From positions 32,001 through 96,000 of the forward strand of contig CAVSHF010000004.1 of the NCBI GenBank assembly GCA_963727805.1: a DNA stretch of 64,000 nucleotides, read 5' to 3'. The translations under genes were made by a program, and so were the position numbers. Below the pieces are notes generated by a model. It was not told where the DNA came from. It was given only the letters and a program-made list of their open reading frames with translations, and searched no databases. This stretch comes from an uncultured Nitrospiraceae bacterium (lineage in GTDB: Bacteria; Nitrospirota; Thermodesulfovibrionia; Thermodesulfovibrionales; Dissulfurispiraceae). This document shows, piece after piece, positions 19,601-29,385 of this stretch. The number at the start of each line of letters is the position of its first letter. Position 1 is the first letter of the stretch.

Positions 19601-20828
19601 TGGGATCGATATGGATAGCGGCGGTAGCCTGAGCGGTAATCTCATTTTTCACAATGTCGGCTCCAACATAATCGGCAATCATGTATCTTCCCGAACCGGT
19701 AGTGCCGACACCCCTGACGTCAATCAGATGACCGACTTCTTCATATATCTCCTTTAGGCCGGTCCTGACCGCCTCTATGGGCCTTCCAGCGGTCATAAGA
19801 TACCGTTTGGCCATCAACCTGCCTTTTTCATCGATAATGGCAAGATTGGTGCTTATGGAGCCGATATCGATACCGAGGTAAGCATTGATTTTATCTTTCG
19901 TTTCTCCTGATTTCTTATTGCTGACTGCCGAGCCCCCATTTTTCGGCCGGTGTCTCTCAAGGAAATCATCACCTTCCGATATCAGAGGATCATACCCGCG
20001 CTCGGAATTCTGGGATTCCGAGAGAAATGACTCGAGTTTCTCCAGATCAAATGTATTTCTAGTGTTCTCATCCATGTCTTTTCGCGCAGCTCCGATTGCG
20101 CCCATCAGGGCGAAATCAGGGGGAATGAAGAGCTCGTCAAGCTCAAAGACCTCTTTGAAGGCTCGCGCCATTCCTTTATTGGCCGCCACACCCCCCTGGA
20201 AGGAGACCGGGGGATTCAGTTCGATTCCCTGGGCGATACTCCCCTTGAAATTCCTCGCTACGGCAAAACAGAGACCGGCGACAATATCTTCGATTGGGGT
20301 GGCGATCTGCTGCAGATGGATCATATCGGATTTGGCAAAGACGCTGCATCGGCCGGCGACCTTCGAGGGGCGTTGGGATTTCGCAGCTGTTTCACTGAAT
20401 TCTTCAATGGAAAAGCGGAGACGCTCCGCCTGCTGTTCAAGAAATGACCCGGTACCAGCCGCGCACACCGAGTTCATCGAAAAGCACTTGATCCTCCCGT
20501 TTTCCAGAAGGATCAGTTTCGAATCCTCGCCGCCGAGCTCGATGATCGTACCTGTTTCCGGATAGAGCTTTTTTATCGAATAGGATTGCGATACGATTTC
20601 ATTAATGGGCTTGATATTGAGGATCGAGGCAATAATCTTTCCTGCTGATCCCGTGATGGACAGAGAACTCTCCGGATAGCGACCGGTTATCTCACGCAGC
20701 AGGTCGAGCGCCACCCTCAAAGGATGTCCGTAATGCCTGACGTAATGCCCTTCGAGCTTGTTGCCGCCTTCCTGCAGCACGACTGCCTTAACCGTGACCG
20801 ACCCGGCATCAAGGCCAATAAAATGCAT
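16629..20828 (-). CDS. Acyl-CoA dehydratase activase-like protein (two BadF/BcrAD ATPase domains plus DUF2229-type domains)
   Basis: Two GxDxGS...GGxDSK...MNxxCAAGTGSFLE...CxVF modules, C..C.N.C motif, EACFPVK, CGPDSF, PFGCMP. Confidence 0.85.
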   Translation of the reverse strand: MHFIGLDAGSVTVKAVVLQEGGNKLEGHYVRHYGHPLRVALDLLREITGRYPESSLSITGSAGKIIASILNIKPINEIVSQSYSIKKLYPETGTIIELGGEDSKLILLENGRIKCFSMNSVCAAGTGSFLEQQAERLRFSIEEFSETAAKSQRPSKVAGRCSVFAKSDMIHLQQIATPIEDIVAGLCFAVARNFKGSIAQGIELNPPVSFQGGVAANKGMARAFKEVFELDELFIPPDFALMGAIGAARKDMDENTRNTFDLEKLESFLSESQNSERGYDPLISEGDDFLERHRPKNGGSAVSNKKSGETKDKINAYLGIDIGSISTNLAIIDEKGRLMAKRYLMTAGRPIEAVRTGLKEIYEEVGHLIDVRGVGTTGSGRYMIADYVGADIVKNEITAQATAAIHIDPTVDTIFEIGGQDSKYISIRDSIIVDFEMNKACAAGTGSFLEEQAEKLNISVKDEFADASFRSKNPCRLGERCTVFMENSLMANLQKGHEKDDLLAGLAYSIVQNYINRVVAGKFVGKNIFFQGGVAFNKAVVAAFEKYTGAKVTVPDNHDVTGAIGMALLSMKSMSAAPLKATAFKGLELSQRSYEIDSFECKGCPNVCEINRVKVQGETTPLFYGGRCEKYDIRHAQKSVLPDLFSYREEMLWKEHNKRAEARQGEGKARIGIPYIFFFQDLLPFWSTFLWELGFDVVVSPRTNKQIINLGVENVLSEACFPVKVSHGHVKYLKDEGVDALFIPSFININNEANEYSTGLACPHTQTIPYITMAAIGGFKMLTPVIDFERGEVHIKKEIKKTFAEFGVKARDINHAFTAAKLAQSEFRRSIKNKGKEILRDSVTPERPLIVIVGRAYNSYDPGVNLEIPKKLSHIDVLSIPMDFLALEDESLGDSWPNMYWRSGQRILKAARIIRNNPNLYAIYIGNFSCGPDSFILKYFKEEMGEKPFLHIEIDEHSADAGAITRCEAFLDSIEQQRRSNGDNDYRKINPIEMTSSISRSRVRPAALNKRTIYMPHMTAHSHAVRAAFEFCGVSAEVLPDSDRESVDIGRRHVSGKECYPYLITAGDMLKKVLSSDFRPDESAFFMPSGSGPCRFGQYTVSHKLILDKLGLDDVPIFSPNQDVKFYRAIGIVGNGFAMTAWRGIVAYDLLTKCLHEARPYEKMVGDADSLYALYHEKIYRALVGGNGNMEGILKQMKKEFLSMPKWPEKKPLIGVVGEIFVRSHKFSNEDLIRKIEAFGGEVWLSSMDEWINYINAMSMRKALIKKDTSDIMNLFTKRFFQKRIEHRYSKPFEGFLKSVSEPEIKDIMKKAAPYVHDSFEGETVLSIGKAIDLIERGAAGIINAMPFGCMPGTIVTALLKKMGKDFGIPCISIPYDGSESPTMGLQLEAFMEAVRSEK

Positions 20829-20964
20829 GCACAGCCTCCATCTATAAAATTAACGTCTAACAATAGCTTAGTCAACTGTCAAAAACAGAAACTTCTTATA
20901 AGGAGGGTCACTCTATATCAGAGATATTATATCAGATATGGGACGGCAAGGAGAATATGACGCA

Positions 20965-21651
20965 TTATACATCTACAATGATAGAGAGGCTTTTGTCTCC
21001 GCAATTGAAGAGCATATCGATTACTGAAAGATAGGGCACAAAGTCTCCGTATAACTGAGTGTAAATGGGGTGTTTGTAATCCTGGAACTCCACCTTAATT
21101 CCGTGTCTTAGAAAAATGTCCGGGTCAATATAATTCTTACCGGCCGCGCCTTCATAAAAAATATCAGCCTGAAAATGTTGGCAGATTTTGATGAGCTTTT
21201 CTATTCTATCTCCTGTAATGTCCAGTGATGATGAGCGAACTATTTTATTTGACTCTATGCCAAGGCATACAGCTAGCAGTTTTATAAGTTGAAAATCAAT
21301 ATCTATCAGGCATTCCCAGTTTGTTGAGTAAACATCCTCGAAATAGTTGATATATTTTTTGTAAAAAAAAGCTTTTGAGTAGTTTTGTCTGATCGATGAC
21401 AAATGTTTCTTGCGCCAATTGACAGTGTTGTCGATCGTCACATTCTTTATTAAAGGATGTTGTTCGAATTTCATAAGAACGGGGACCGTGAGCCATTGGA
21501 TTCCATTTGCTGTCTTAATCCTGTTCCTGTTTCTCCAGCCATTTTTATCATACTGGACATCATCATAAATGACAAAAACATCGCTTCTGTGCATTTGTTC
21601 GAAAAACCCAAGCCATGGGAGATAACCAGGTTGAAGGATTCCGATTCTCAT
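20965..21651 (-). CDS. WbqC family protein (putative glycyltransferase)
   Basis: QPGYLPWLGFF, DDVQY...WRNRN.I, WLTVP, Y.Q..G.F.P.LS..D.LFN.G. Confidence 0.9.
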   Translation of the reverse strand: MRIGILQPGYLPWLGFFEQMHRSDVFVIYDDVQYDKNGWRNRNRIKTANGIQWLTVPVLMKFEQHPLIKNVTIDNTVNWRKKHLSSIRQNYSKAFFYKKYINYFEDVYSTNWECLIDIDFQLIKLLAVCLGIESNKIVRSSSLDITGDRIEKLIKICQHFQADIFYEGAAGKNYIDPDIFLRHGIKVEFQDYKHPIYTQLYGDFVPYLSVIDMLFNCGDKSLSIIVDV

Positions 21652-22343
21652 TTCTTACCGATGAAATATAAGGTGGCGGCTGTTTTATGTGCTTCCGGAT
21701 GTTTACGGAGATAAAAATCTATAAGCTTGAACGGCGTCAGCAGTATCATGAAGAAAATATATAGTAACTGATAGAGGACTCTGCTGCGAAAAGATAAAAG
21801 CATGGCTAACCACTCTTGCAGTATAATCAGCATTGATGAGGTGGGGCCGCTGTAAACTCCAACTTCAATTTCGTCAAAGGAGCAGAATAAGTTTCTGATG
21901 CCTTCCTTAGTCCATCTATAGTAGTCACTGGGGGCCGAATGATACCCGAATATGAATGGAACTATGGAGTATATATGCCCTCCGGGTTTCAATATCCGAT
22001 GCATTTCATCGACAACTGACTTAGGGTTCTCGACATGTTCCAGCATGGCCACAGAAATTACCCCTCCAACCGAATTCGATTTGAACGGGAGGTAATGAAC
22101 GTCAGCGATAATATCAACGTTTTTATACAGATAAAAATCGACATTCAAAATGCGGCCAGACAGTCTGGTAGGCCCGGATCCGAGATTCAGAACCATTTCC
22201 TCCGTTGGAACCCGGTCTAATATCGCTTTGTACGACTTGCCAGTCGCAAGGACCGGAGATAGGAAGTTCAAAATAAAGATATACAGAGACGGATGTTTTT
22301 TAACGAATGCTTTTAGATAATTCAGAATGTGACAGTTGTGCAT
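21648..22343 (-). CDS. Class I SAM-dependent methyltransferase
   Basis: LNLGSG, LEHV..P, RILKPGG, H..P.DY.RW. Confidence 0.85.
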   Translation of the reverse strand: MHNCHILNYLKAFVKKHPSLYIFILNFLSPVLATGKSYKAILDRVPTEEMVLNLGSGPTRLSGRILNVDFYLYKNVDIIADVHYLPFKSNSVGGVISVAMLEHVENPKSVVDEMHRILKPGGHIYSIVPFIFGYHSAPSDYYRWTKEGIRNLFCSFDEIEVGVYSGPTSSMLIILQEWLAMLLSFRSRVLYQLLYIFFMILLTPFKLIDFYLRKHPEAHKTAATLYFIGKK

Positions 22344-22349
22344 ACAATT

Positions 22350-23375
22350 CTAATACCAGACAGTAGTTCCATCAGGCATCTTAACCGGTACTTTTTTCAT
22401 CGCGATCTGCTTTCTCCAGACCTGTTCATGATCTTTATACCAGGCTATCGTTTGTATTAGTCCGTCTTCAAATGTTATGGAGGCTTGAAACCCAAGAATT
22501 GTTTTCGCTTTGTTTGCAGTTCCTATATGTTTCTGGACTTGACCGAAGCGATCAAGCATAAACTCAAGCTTCGACTGATTTCCAAACTCCGCAGCAATCA
22601 TACGCGCTATATCAGCAACACTGATTGATCTGCCTGTCGCGAGATTGAACACTTCACCTTTTACCTTATCCAAAGGTGCCCGAATTGCAAGATCAATACC
22701 TTTTGCGGTATCTTCAGCAAAAAGCCAATCTCGCTCAGCCGATCCGTCGCCATGTATCGTTAAAGGCTCTTTCAAAATGCAGCTTGTAATGAATCGGGGA
22801 ACAACCTTTTCAAGGTGCTGCCTGGGGCCGTAATTATTGAAGGGCCGGATAATTACTGCAGGTATGTCATGAGCTACGACGTACGAATATACAAGGCGAT
22901 CTGCTCCGGTCTTTGCCGATGCATAAGGGCTTGTCGGGTTGAGGGGGTGGTTTTCATCCATAGGTTCATAGGCAGCAGTTCCGTATACTTCGGATGTTGA
23001 AATATGGATGAACCGCTCAATACGAGCCGAGTACTTCAGCACAGCATTAGCAACCGCTTGAGTGCCTAAGACATCCGTGACAAAGAACTCCCTGTGAGAA
23101 TAGAGCGACCGGGCGACATGAGTCTCAGCAGCAAAATGCACAACATAATTTGACCTGCTGACGAGATCACTTACGAGATCGAGATTATTGATATTGCCAT
23201 ACCAGAATTCAAATCTATCGGAGTTTCTGACTTCGGGTTGGATATTATAAATATCGCCGGCATAGGTTAAAGCATCGAGGACAAGTATTTTGTGGTCAGC
23301 ATGAGTATGAAAGATATAGTTGACGAAAGTACTTCCTATAAGGCCCGCTCCACCTGTTACCAAAATTGTTTTCAT
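22350..23375 (-). CDS. dTDP-glucose 4,6-dehydratase-like NAD-dependent SDR
   Basis: VTGGAG.IG, DALTYAG, HFAAETHV, STSEVYG, YASAK, NNYGPRQH.EK. Start adjusted to MKTIL. Confidence 0.88.
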   Translation of the reverse strand: MKTILVTGGAGLIGSTFVNYIFHTHADHKILVLDALTYAGDIYNIQPEVRNSDRFEFWYGNINNLDLVSDLVSRSNYVVHFAAETHVARSLYSHREFFVTDVLGTQAVANAVLKYSARIERFIHISTSEVYGTAAYEPMDENHPLNPTSPYASAKTGADRLVYSYVVAHDIPAVIIRPFNNYGPRQHLEKVVPRFITSCILKEPLTIHGDGSAERDWLFAEDTAKGIDLAIRAPLDKVKGEVFNLATGRSISVADIARMIAAEFGNQSKLEFMLDRFGQVQKHIGTANKAKTILGFQASITFEDGLIQTIAWYKDHEQVWRKQIAMKKVPVKMPDGTTVWY

Positions 23376-23432
23376 GCGATACCCTCGCAAGGAATTAGTA
23401 GGTGTTCTATCTCCGATAGATTAACATAAGTT

Positions 23433-24155
23433 TCAGGATTTTTTGGCTACAGCCACTATCGAAGTACCAATCGGCAATTTGATAAACCGTGACATGAATC
23501 TTTCACATTCGAAATATAACATCATCAGAATATTAAGAGCTTTGCTTATTTTAAAGTGATTGGCCACTTCCGTTTTCTTTCCCCTGCGTAGTTTCATTGG
23601 TAGATAAAGCATCATGAACATATATTCAATTGACATCGGCAGAAAAGACGCAGCGGTAAGACTTAAATTGAGATCGCTTGTCGAATAACGCCTTTTGTGA
23701 AATGCAATCTCGTCTATCCTGCTCCACAGCTCGTTTCGCGCGGGAACAGTGATAACCAGTATACCGTTTTTGTTGAGAACCCGACGGGCTTCAATCAGGA
23801 TTTGTGTTTCGTCACTGAAATGCTCGAGAACGTCAAACATGCCCACTATATCAAAGGAGTCATTAGCAAAGGGGAGAGTTGCTGCATCGCCTTGCACCTT
23901 GTCATACCCTGGCCATGCTTCATCAATAGCTTCCCTATAGAACTCACAACCCGTAACATGATAACCCTTTTGAGCAAGGAAGTTGCTGACATTGCCGGTG
24001 CCGCAGCCTATTTCGAGGACATTGGGTGCAGAATGCTCAAATCTGCGAATTCTGTCGGCTATCCACTTTCTGCGAATCTTAAACCAAAAGTAGTTTTTTT
24101 CCGCTTTCTTGAGCTGTTGAAAAAATGAAGGATGAAATGTGCCATTGTGTTCCAT
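23433..24155 (-). CDS. Class I SAM-dependent methyltransferase
   Basis: FWF..R, EIGCGTG, DVLEH, ITVPA...LW...D....H.RRY. Confidence 0.85.
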   Translation of the reverse strand: MEHNGTFHPSFFQQLKKAEKNYFWFKIRRKWIADRIRRFEHSAPNVLEIGCGTGNVSNFLAQKGYHVTGCEFYREAIDEAWPGYDKVQGDAATLPFANDSFDIVGMFDVLEHFSDETQILIEARRVLNKNGILVITVPARNELWSRIDEIAFHKRRYSTSDLNLSLTAASFLPMSIEYMFMMLYLPMKLRRGKKTEVANHFKISKALNILMMLYFECERFMSRFIKLPIGTSIVAVAKKS

Positions 24156-24191
24156 ATATTTCTGTCACAAGATATATTTATACATGTCGTA

Positions 24192-25028
24192 TTATAGTTT
24201 GGGCACTTTCCCCAATCCCCAAAAGGTTTCTAGTTCATTTGATATTTCATTTGAGAAAAGATTAACTAATAAATCCCACAATTCAGACGATAATCTGCTC
24301 CATTCTTCACTGTGTGTTGGCATTGGATCACCCAGTATCCCTTCGACTGATCGATATTGCATAGGCATGCCATAGATCTGGGAAGCATTCAATTGAAATG
24401 AATTGTTCGACTGAAATGTCTTCATTGCCGCTATTTTGGAAGCTGTAAAATATTTGTCACCGAGAATGTAATAGAGTAAAAGAAATTCTCTCCAATCTGC
24501 ATGTCTACCGGGTTTTTGATTGAATCTATTCTCTATGATAGAAGAAGCTTTGTAAATACTTGTAACAAGGACGGGGCGAACCGTATCTTGTCCCTTACTA
24601 TACTGTTCATTTACCATCCAATACCCAATTTCTCTTAAGGAACACTCCGCACTGCCATGACCACAAATAATTACGAGAGCGTCAAAAGGGGAATTCATGA
24701 TTGAAGAGCAGACTGCTTGAGCATAAAGTCTGAATTCAGCGTCTTTAATTGATACTGTTCCATAATAATCGGCGTTAGATTGTGATGGGGTATAACTAAT
24801 CGTAGGGAAGACATAACCAAAATACTTGTCCGAAAGCTGAACTGCTATCTGACGAGTTATTTTTTCTGAGATTAATGAATCTGTCTCAAGGGGAAGAAAG
24901 GGGCCATGCTGTTCCATGCATCCGACTGGAAGGTACGCAATGGTGTGTATCCTTTGTTTATTGGCACTGTCAATTGATTCGCGGAGTTCTTTTGTTGAAA
25001 AATTAATCATTACCGAAGATACTCCCAT
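24192..25028 (-). CDS. Creatininase-family amidohydrolase
   Basis: LPVG..EQHGP.LPL.TD, GHG, HAD..E metal-binding motifs. Confidence 0.8.
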   Translation of the reverse strand: MGVSSVMINFSTKELRESIDSANKQRIHTIAYLPVGCMEQHGPFLPLETDSLISEKITRQIAVQLSDKYFGYVFPTISYTPSQSNADYYGTVSIKDAEFRLYAQAVCSSIMNSPFDALVIICGHGSAECSLREIGYWMVNEQYSKGQDTVRPVLVTSIYKASSIIENRFNQKPGRHADWREFLLLYYILGDKYFTASKIAAMKTFQSNNSFQLNASQIYGMPMQYRSVEGILGDPMPTHSEEWSRLSSELWDLLVNLFSNEISNELETFWGLGKVPKL

Positions 25029-25569
25029 ATTCTTCTTTTAGTATCGCCATGTGCACGGTGTCATGAAATGTCCCATCAATTGAAACGTCCTGCCGATAAA
25101 TACCTTCCTGCTTGAAGCCGAGATGTTCATAAAAAAGTCTTGCCTTCAGGTTAAAATCAAGAACATACAGGTAAAGCCTATTCAAATTTTGTTTATTGAA
25201 AGCATATTCAATAAGATGTTTAACTGCATCACTTCCATAGCCATGGCCTCTTGTCCTATGGTCACCTATAAATATCCAGAGTTCTGCTTTTTGGTTAATA
25301 GGATCAATATTTCTCAGCCCACATTGACCGATAAGCTTGCCTGTTCTGCTATTTTCTATCGAAAAAACTATCCGACTTTCATCGCATTGCAATTTATTAT
25401 ACCATTCAAGATGTGATGACCAGGTCGTTTTTTGTGAGCGATTGATGGATTTCAGAAGGTTCTTATTCTGCATCCATGAATAGAGAATGCTTAGATCTTT
25501 CTTTTGGACTTGCCGCAATATGACTTTACCAGATAGTGAAATCGGCTGTCGGCAATCACTTTTCTGCAT
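25003..25569 (-). CDS. GNAT (RimJ/PseH-like) N-acyltransferase
   Basis: AE.WIFIG...RG.GYG, LNRLYL.V..FN..A...YE.LGF..EG. Confidence 0.85.
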   Translation of the reverse strand: MQKSDCRQPISLSGKVILRQVQKKDLSILYSWMQNKNLLKSINRSQKTTWSSHLEWYNKLQCDESRIVFSIENSRTGKLIGQCGLRNIDPINQKAELWIFIGDHRTRGHGYGSDAVKHLIEYAFNKQNLNRLYLYVLDFNLKARLFYEHLGFKQEGIYRQDVSIDGTFHDTVHMAILKEEYGSIFGND

Positions 25570-26389
25570 AGATTATCAAATACTTGAACAGGTGCCTTGA
25601 AAGGGGCAGGATTTCTTGAAGGTATTTATGCAAGGAAATCAATGTCTCTTCGTTTCCTTCATGTATTGCTTTTGCTTCGCCCAAGAACCATTCATATTTA
25701 ATATCAACTTTGGTAAAGCCAGCATCATGTAACCTCTCTCTTAGATACTCTTCTTTAAAACCATTTTCATCATGTTTGAGGTGTTCAGCAAGTCTAATAA
25801 TATTCCTGTCAATACCAAACTGTGCTTCTAATTCTTTATCTTTATTTAATACCGCATCTATTTCTCTTTTAACAATTTCGGAGTATTCGCTGTTGGGGAC
25901 GAGACTGGAAATCGCTTCCCAAAAATAAAAGTTAGGATCAAGATCTGAATAAAATACCCCACCTTTTTTAAGAATCCGGTGAATCTCCTTAAAAGTAGGT
26001 TCAAGGCTGTCGAGATGATGCAAAACTGCGTAAGCAGTGCAAACATCAAAATAATTGTCTGTAAAAGGTAAATGATCGGATTCAGCCAGTTGGACCTGAA
26101 TATCGTGCGTCTCATGAGTAGTGTCAATTCGATCCAGCATTACCTGGGTAACATCAACTCCCCTAACGACTGGGAAATAATGCTTTGCTATGTCTATGAT
26201 AAACCCCATACCGCAACCCACGTCGAGAAGACTGTTGCCGTTGGTTCTTTTATGAAGATTCGAAAGGATATTTCGCACTCGAAGAATATTTTCCGCCTTA
26301 TAGTGAGGCTCCGTCTCTTTATACTTATCGGCTATGGCAGAATGCAGTTGGATATTTGCTTGAATTACTTCTTTCTTGTCATGTTTCAT
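25556..26389 (-). CDS. Class I SAM-dependent methyltransferase
   Basis: LLDVGCGMG, LPF.DN.FD, VLHH, RILKKGG. Confidence 0.85.
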   Translation of the reverse strand: MKHDKKEVIQANIQLHSAIADKYKETEPHYKAENILRVRNILSNLHKRTNGNSLLDVGCGMGFIIDIAKHYFPVVRGVDVTQVMLDRIDTTHETHDIQVQLAESDHLPFTDNYFDVCTAYAVLHHLDSLEPTFKEIHRILKKGGVFYSDLDPNFYFWEAISSLVPNSEYSEIVKREIDAVLNKDKELEAQFGIDRNIIRLAEHLKHDENGFKEEYLRERLHDAGFTKVDIKYEWFLGEAKAIHEGNEETLISLHKYLQEILPLSRHLFKYLIIYAEK

Positions 26390-27315
26390 TTGGTTTTCTC
26401 TTTTTCCGGGTAAAAGAATTCCGAACGTCCGGCCTGCCAGTCCTTACATTTACTGCATAAGTCATGCGTAAAATCACCACGCCAGTGCCGTTCTCTGCGG
26501 AAGGACAGTTCACCTTCCCAAATCTCCTTTATAGACTGTGTTGTCACGGTTCCGGGACTATAATTACCTTCAAAGTCGGCATCGCATTGTGCAAGCTTGC
26601 CAGACCAATGTATGGAGACAGTCCTGTTTAACCACGGACATGGGAAATCTCTTTCGCTATCAGGAAGATTTAAGTTCTCAGCCTGAACGCCGGTACCCCA
26701 ACCAAGTTTAGGCCGTATTTTTACTGTAGCTCCCTGAGCAAGCCAACAATTCTTGAATTGTTCCACCTCGTGTTCATTTTCATCCATGACTATGAACTGC
26801 AATATCACCGATGGCCGTAAGAGGTTCTTCTGTTTCTTTGACGCAAGAAGATGTTCAATATTTTTAACCGTTTCGTGAAAATCTCCGCCAATACGTATTT
26901 TATTATATGTTGCCTCGGTGAATGCATCTAAACCCACGATTATTTCATCAAGCTCCGAGGAAATCAATTTATCTGACATTTGCGCATCGAGATATCGTGC
27001 ATTCGTGTTTAGTATAACCTTTTGAATCCCTTGCCTTTTTGCGTATGTTATCATTGCAACAATCTTATCACCGAGCATTAGTGATTCGCCCATGAGAGCA
27101 AGCCAGAGCCTGCTTGATGGGCTTTCCTGCGCAATTTCATCTACGATTTTTTTGAAAACGTCAAAATCCATCTCACCACGCTGTCTTTTAAGCGTCGGTT
27201 GGGGACACATAATACATCTCAAGTTACAATACGCTATTGTTTCAACAACTATATCGACGGGGAATGGATGTTTTACAAGGGTTCTTTTGACTTCATCTAT
27301 TCTTAGTTTCCTCAT
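26386..27315 (-). CDS. Radical SAM / SPASM(twitch) domain protein
   Basis: CNLRCIMC motif; C-terminal C.W....I.W.G....C..D...C..C. Start set at MRKLR after GAGGAG RBS. Confidence 0.88.
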   Translation of the reverse strand: MRKLRIDEVKRTLVKHPFPVDIVVETIAYCNLRCIMCPQPTLKRQRGEMDFDVFKKIVDEIAQESPSSRLWLALMGESLMLGDKIVAMITYAKRQGIQKVILNTNARYLDAQMSDKLISSELDEIIVGLDAFTEATYNKIRIGGDFHETVKNIEHLLASKKQKNLLRPSVILQFIVMDENEHEVEQFKNCWLAQGATVKIRPKLGWGTGVQAENLNLPDSERDFPCPWLNRTVSIHWSGKLAQCDADFEGNYSPGTVTTQSIKEIWEGELSFRRERHWRGDFTHDLCSKCKDWQAGRSEFFYPEKEKTK

Positions 27316-28258
27316 ATATCTCCTCTTGTGGATGAATGTTGATCTTTTCATCAATTAAAAAAAGCGGTCTGTTCAAAACTTCCTGGTATATCCTGTACAT
27401 ATTGTCCCCTAATATCCCCAGTGATAGTAAAATTGCGCCGCCAATAAAAAAAATTGATACCATAATGCTTGTATATCCCGACACGTCTATTCCATAAAGC
27501 AGTTTTTTGATTATCAGTATAACTGCAATGAAAAAACTTAGTATTGCTATTAAGAATCCGGAGTAAACCATCAAAGCTATTGGAATTTTGGTATAGGTTG
27601 AAAGAGAATCCACTGCCATCCGACATAGCTTAATAAAAGAGTAATGTGTTTTACCTTTCAATCTGCTGTGCTTATTAACTGAGAGGAAGGAGCATTTAAA
27701 GCCGATAGATGTCATGAGCGGCCCGTATAAGATTTTCCTTTCATGATATCTGTTTAAACTCTTGAGTACTTTTCTGTTAAATAATCTCAGTGTGCCTATG
27801 TTGCTGGGGACTTTAGCCCCCGAGATTTTTGAAAATACAAAATGGTACACCAACGAGTATATTTTTCTCAGGAGAGATCTTTCTTTGTTCAATATCTGTG
27901 TGAACACTATATCGTAGCCTTGTCCAATTCTTTCGTATAAAGCGGTGATATCAGCAGGATCATCCTGAAGATCAGCATCCATTAAAATTATATAGTTCCC
28001 CTTGGCGTAGTTAAAGGCAGCACTTATAGCCGGATGCTGACCAAAGTTTCTTGAAAACCTGATAACTTTCACTGCTTTATTCTTTGCTGCGATGTCTTTA
28101 AGGAGACTGAAAGAATCGTCTGAGCTGCCGTCATCAACAAAAATGATCTCATATCCCGCAATCTTTTCTAAGGATACGATGAGACGGTCATAAAGTTCCG
28201 GGATATTTTCTTCTTCGTTGTATATCGGAATAACAACTGAGAGTTCGGGATTAACCAT
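27293..28258 (-). CDS. GT2 polyprenyl-phosphate glycosyltransferase (GtrB/ArnC-like)
   Basis: VIPIYNEE, VDDGS.D, SRNFGQ, MDADLQD.P and two C-terminal TM helices. Confidence 0.88.
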   Translation of the reverse strand: MVNPELSVVIPIYNEEENIPELYDRLIVSLEKIAGYEIIFVDDGSSDDSFSLLKDIAAKNKAVKVIRFSRNFGQHPAISAAFNYAKGNYIILMDADLQDDPADITALYERIGQGYDIVFTQILNKERSLLRKIYSLVYHFVFSKISGAKVPSNIGTLRLFNRKVLKSLNRYHERKILYGPLMTSIGFKCSFLSVNKHSRLKGKTHYSFIKLCRMAVDSLSTYTKIPIALMVYSGFLIAILSFFIAVILIIKKLLYGIDVSGYTSIMVSIFFIGGAILLSLGILGDNMYRIYQEVLNRPLFLIDEKINIHPQEEIYEETKNR

Positions 28259-29381
28259 TTATAACCTCTCTGACTACCTCCATAACACGCACTATTTCTT
28301 TATCCTCCAACTTTGGATAAAGAGGTAATGAGATGGTTCTTTTCCCGATATTTTCCGCAATTGGGAAGAGGCCATCCTTATGGCCAAAGGTTTTCCTGTA
28401 GTATTGTAACAAATGTATGGGTCTATAGTTAACTGCTACTCCGATGCCTCTTTCTTGCAAAGCCCAGAGGATAGTATCCCTTTTATCAGAATCAACAAGG
28501 ATGGTGAACAGGTGTCTGGCATGTTTTGAGTTTGGGACAGTATCCAGTATTTTTATTCCTTTCATAGTTTTCAGTTGCTCTTCGTACAGGTTCCAAAGGT
28601 AGTCACGTCTTGCCCAAAGATTTTCAATTCGTTCTAATTGGCCGATAAGAAGGGATGCCTGGATATTATCCATGTTGTATTTCCACCCGAGGATTGGCAT
28701 GTCCCAGTGCTGATAACGCTTTGTATATCGATCAGCCGCTGATTTATCGATCCCATGGCTTCGCAGCATCCTTAGTAAATCTGCCTTTTCTGAATCGTTC
28801 GTGACGATTGCGCCACCCTCTCCGGAGGTGATATTCTTTGTTGCATAGAAACTGAAACAGGCAGCATGCCCCAGCTGCCCCGGTTTAATACCGTCCCTAC
28901 ATCCTTCAATACAATGGGCAGCGTCCTCGATAACGATCAGTTTGTGCTTCTGGGCGATAGTGTGAATCTTGCGCATATCACACATTTGACCATAAAGATG
29001 CACTGGTAAAATGGCTTTTGTTTTTTTGTTTATTGCAGGCTCGATCAGGTCGGCATTAATGTTCCCGGTCTCTTCCTCCACATCGACAAAAACAGGTACT
29101 GCACCAGCATGAAGAATAGCATTAGACGTAGCACAAAAGCTCATCGGTGTTGTAATGACTTCATCTCCGAAGCCAATGCCCCAGGCAAGCAAGGAAAGAT
29201 GAAGGGCGGCGGTGCAACTTGTAATGCCCACTCCGTGTTCGCTCGAGAGATACTCGGATAATGCATTTTCAAATCTGCTCACACTATCGCCTGTCGTCAA
29301 AAAAATAGACTGCAGGACATCGGTCGCATTATCGATGTCTATTTTTTCAATGTTGTGTTTAAAAAACTGTATATGATCCAT
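28251..29381 (-). CDS. DegT/DnrJ/EryC1/StrS sugar aminotransferase
   Basis: SCTAALHL, GDEVIT, EDAAH, FSFYATKNITSGEGG. Confidence 0.92.
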   Translation of the reverse strand: MDHIQFFKHNIEKIDIDNATDVLQSIFLTTGDSVSRFENALSEYLSSEHGVGITSCTAALHLSLLAWGIGFGDEVITTPMSFCATSNAILHAGAVPVFVDVEEETGNINADLIEPAINKKTKAILPVHLYGQMCDMRKIHTIAQKHKLIVIEDAAHCIEGCRDGIKPGQLGHAACFSFYATKNITSGEGGAIVTNDSEKADLLRMLRSHGIDKSAADRYTKRYQHWDMPILGWKYNMDNIQASLLIGQLERIENLWARRDYLWNLYEEQLKTMKGIKILDTVPNSKHARHLFTILVDSDKRDTILWALQERGIGVAVNYRPIHLLQYYRKTFGHKDGLFPIAENIGKRTISLPLYPKLEDKEIVRVMEVVREVING

Positions 29382-29385
29382 TATT

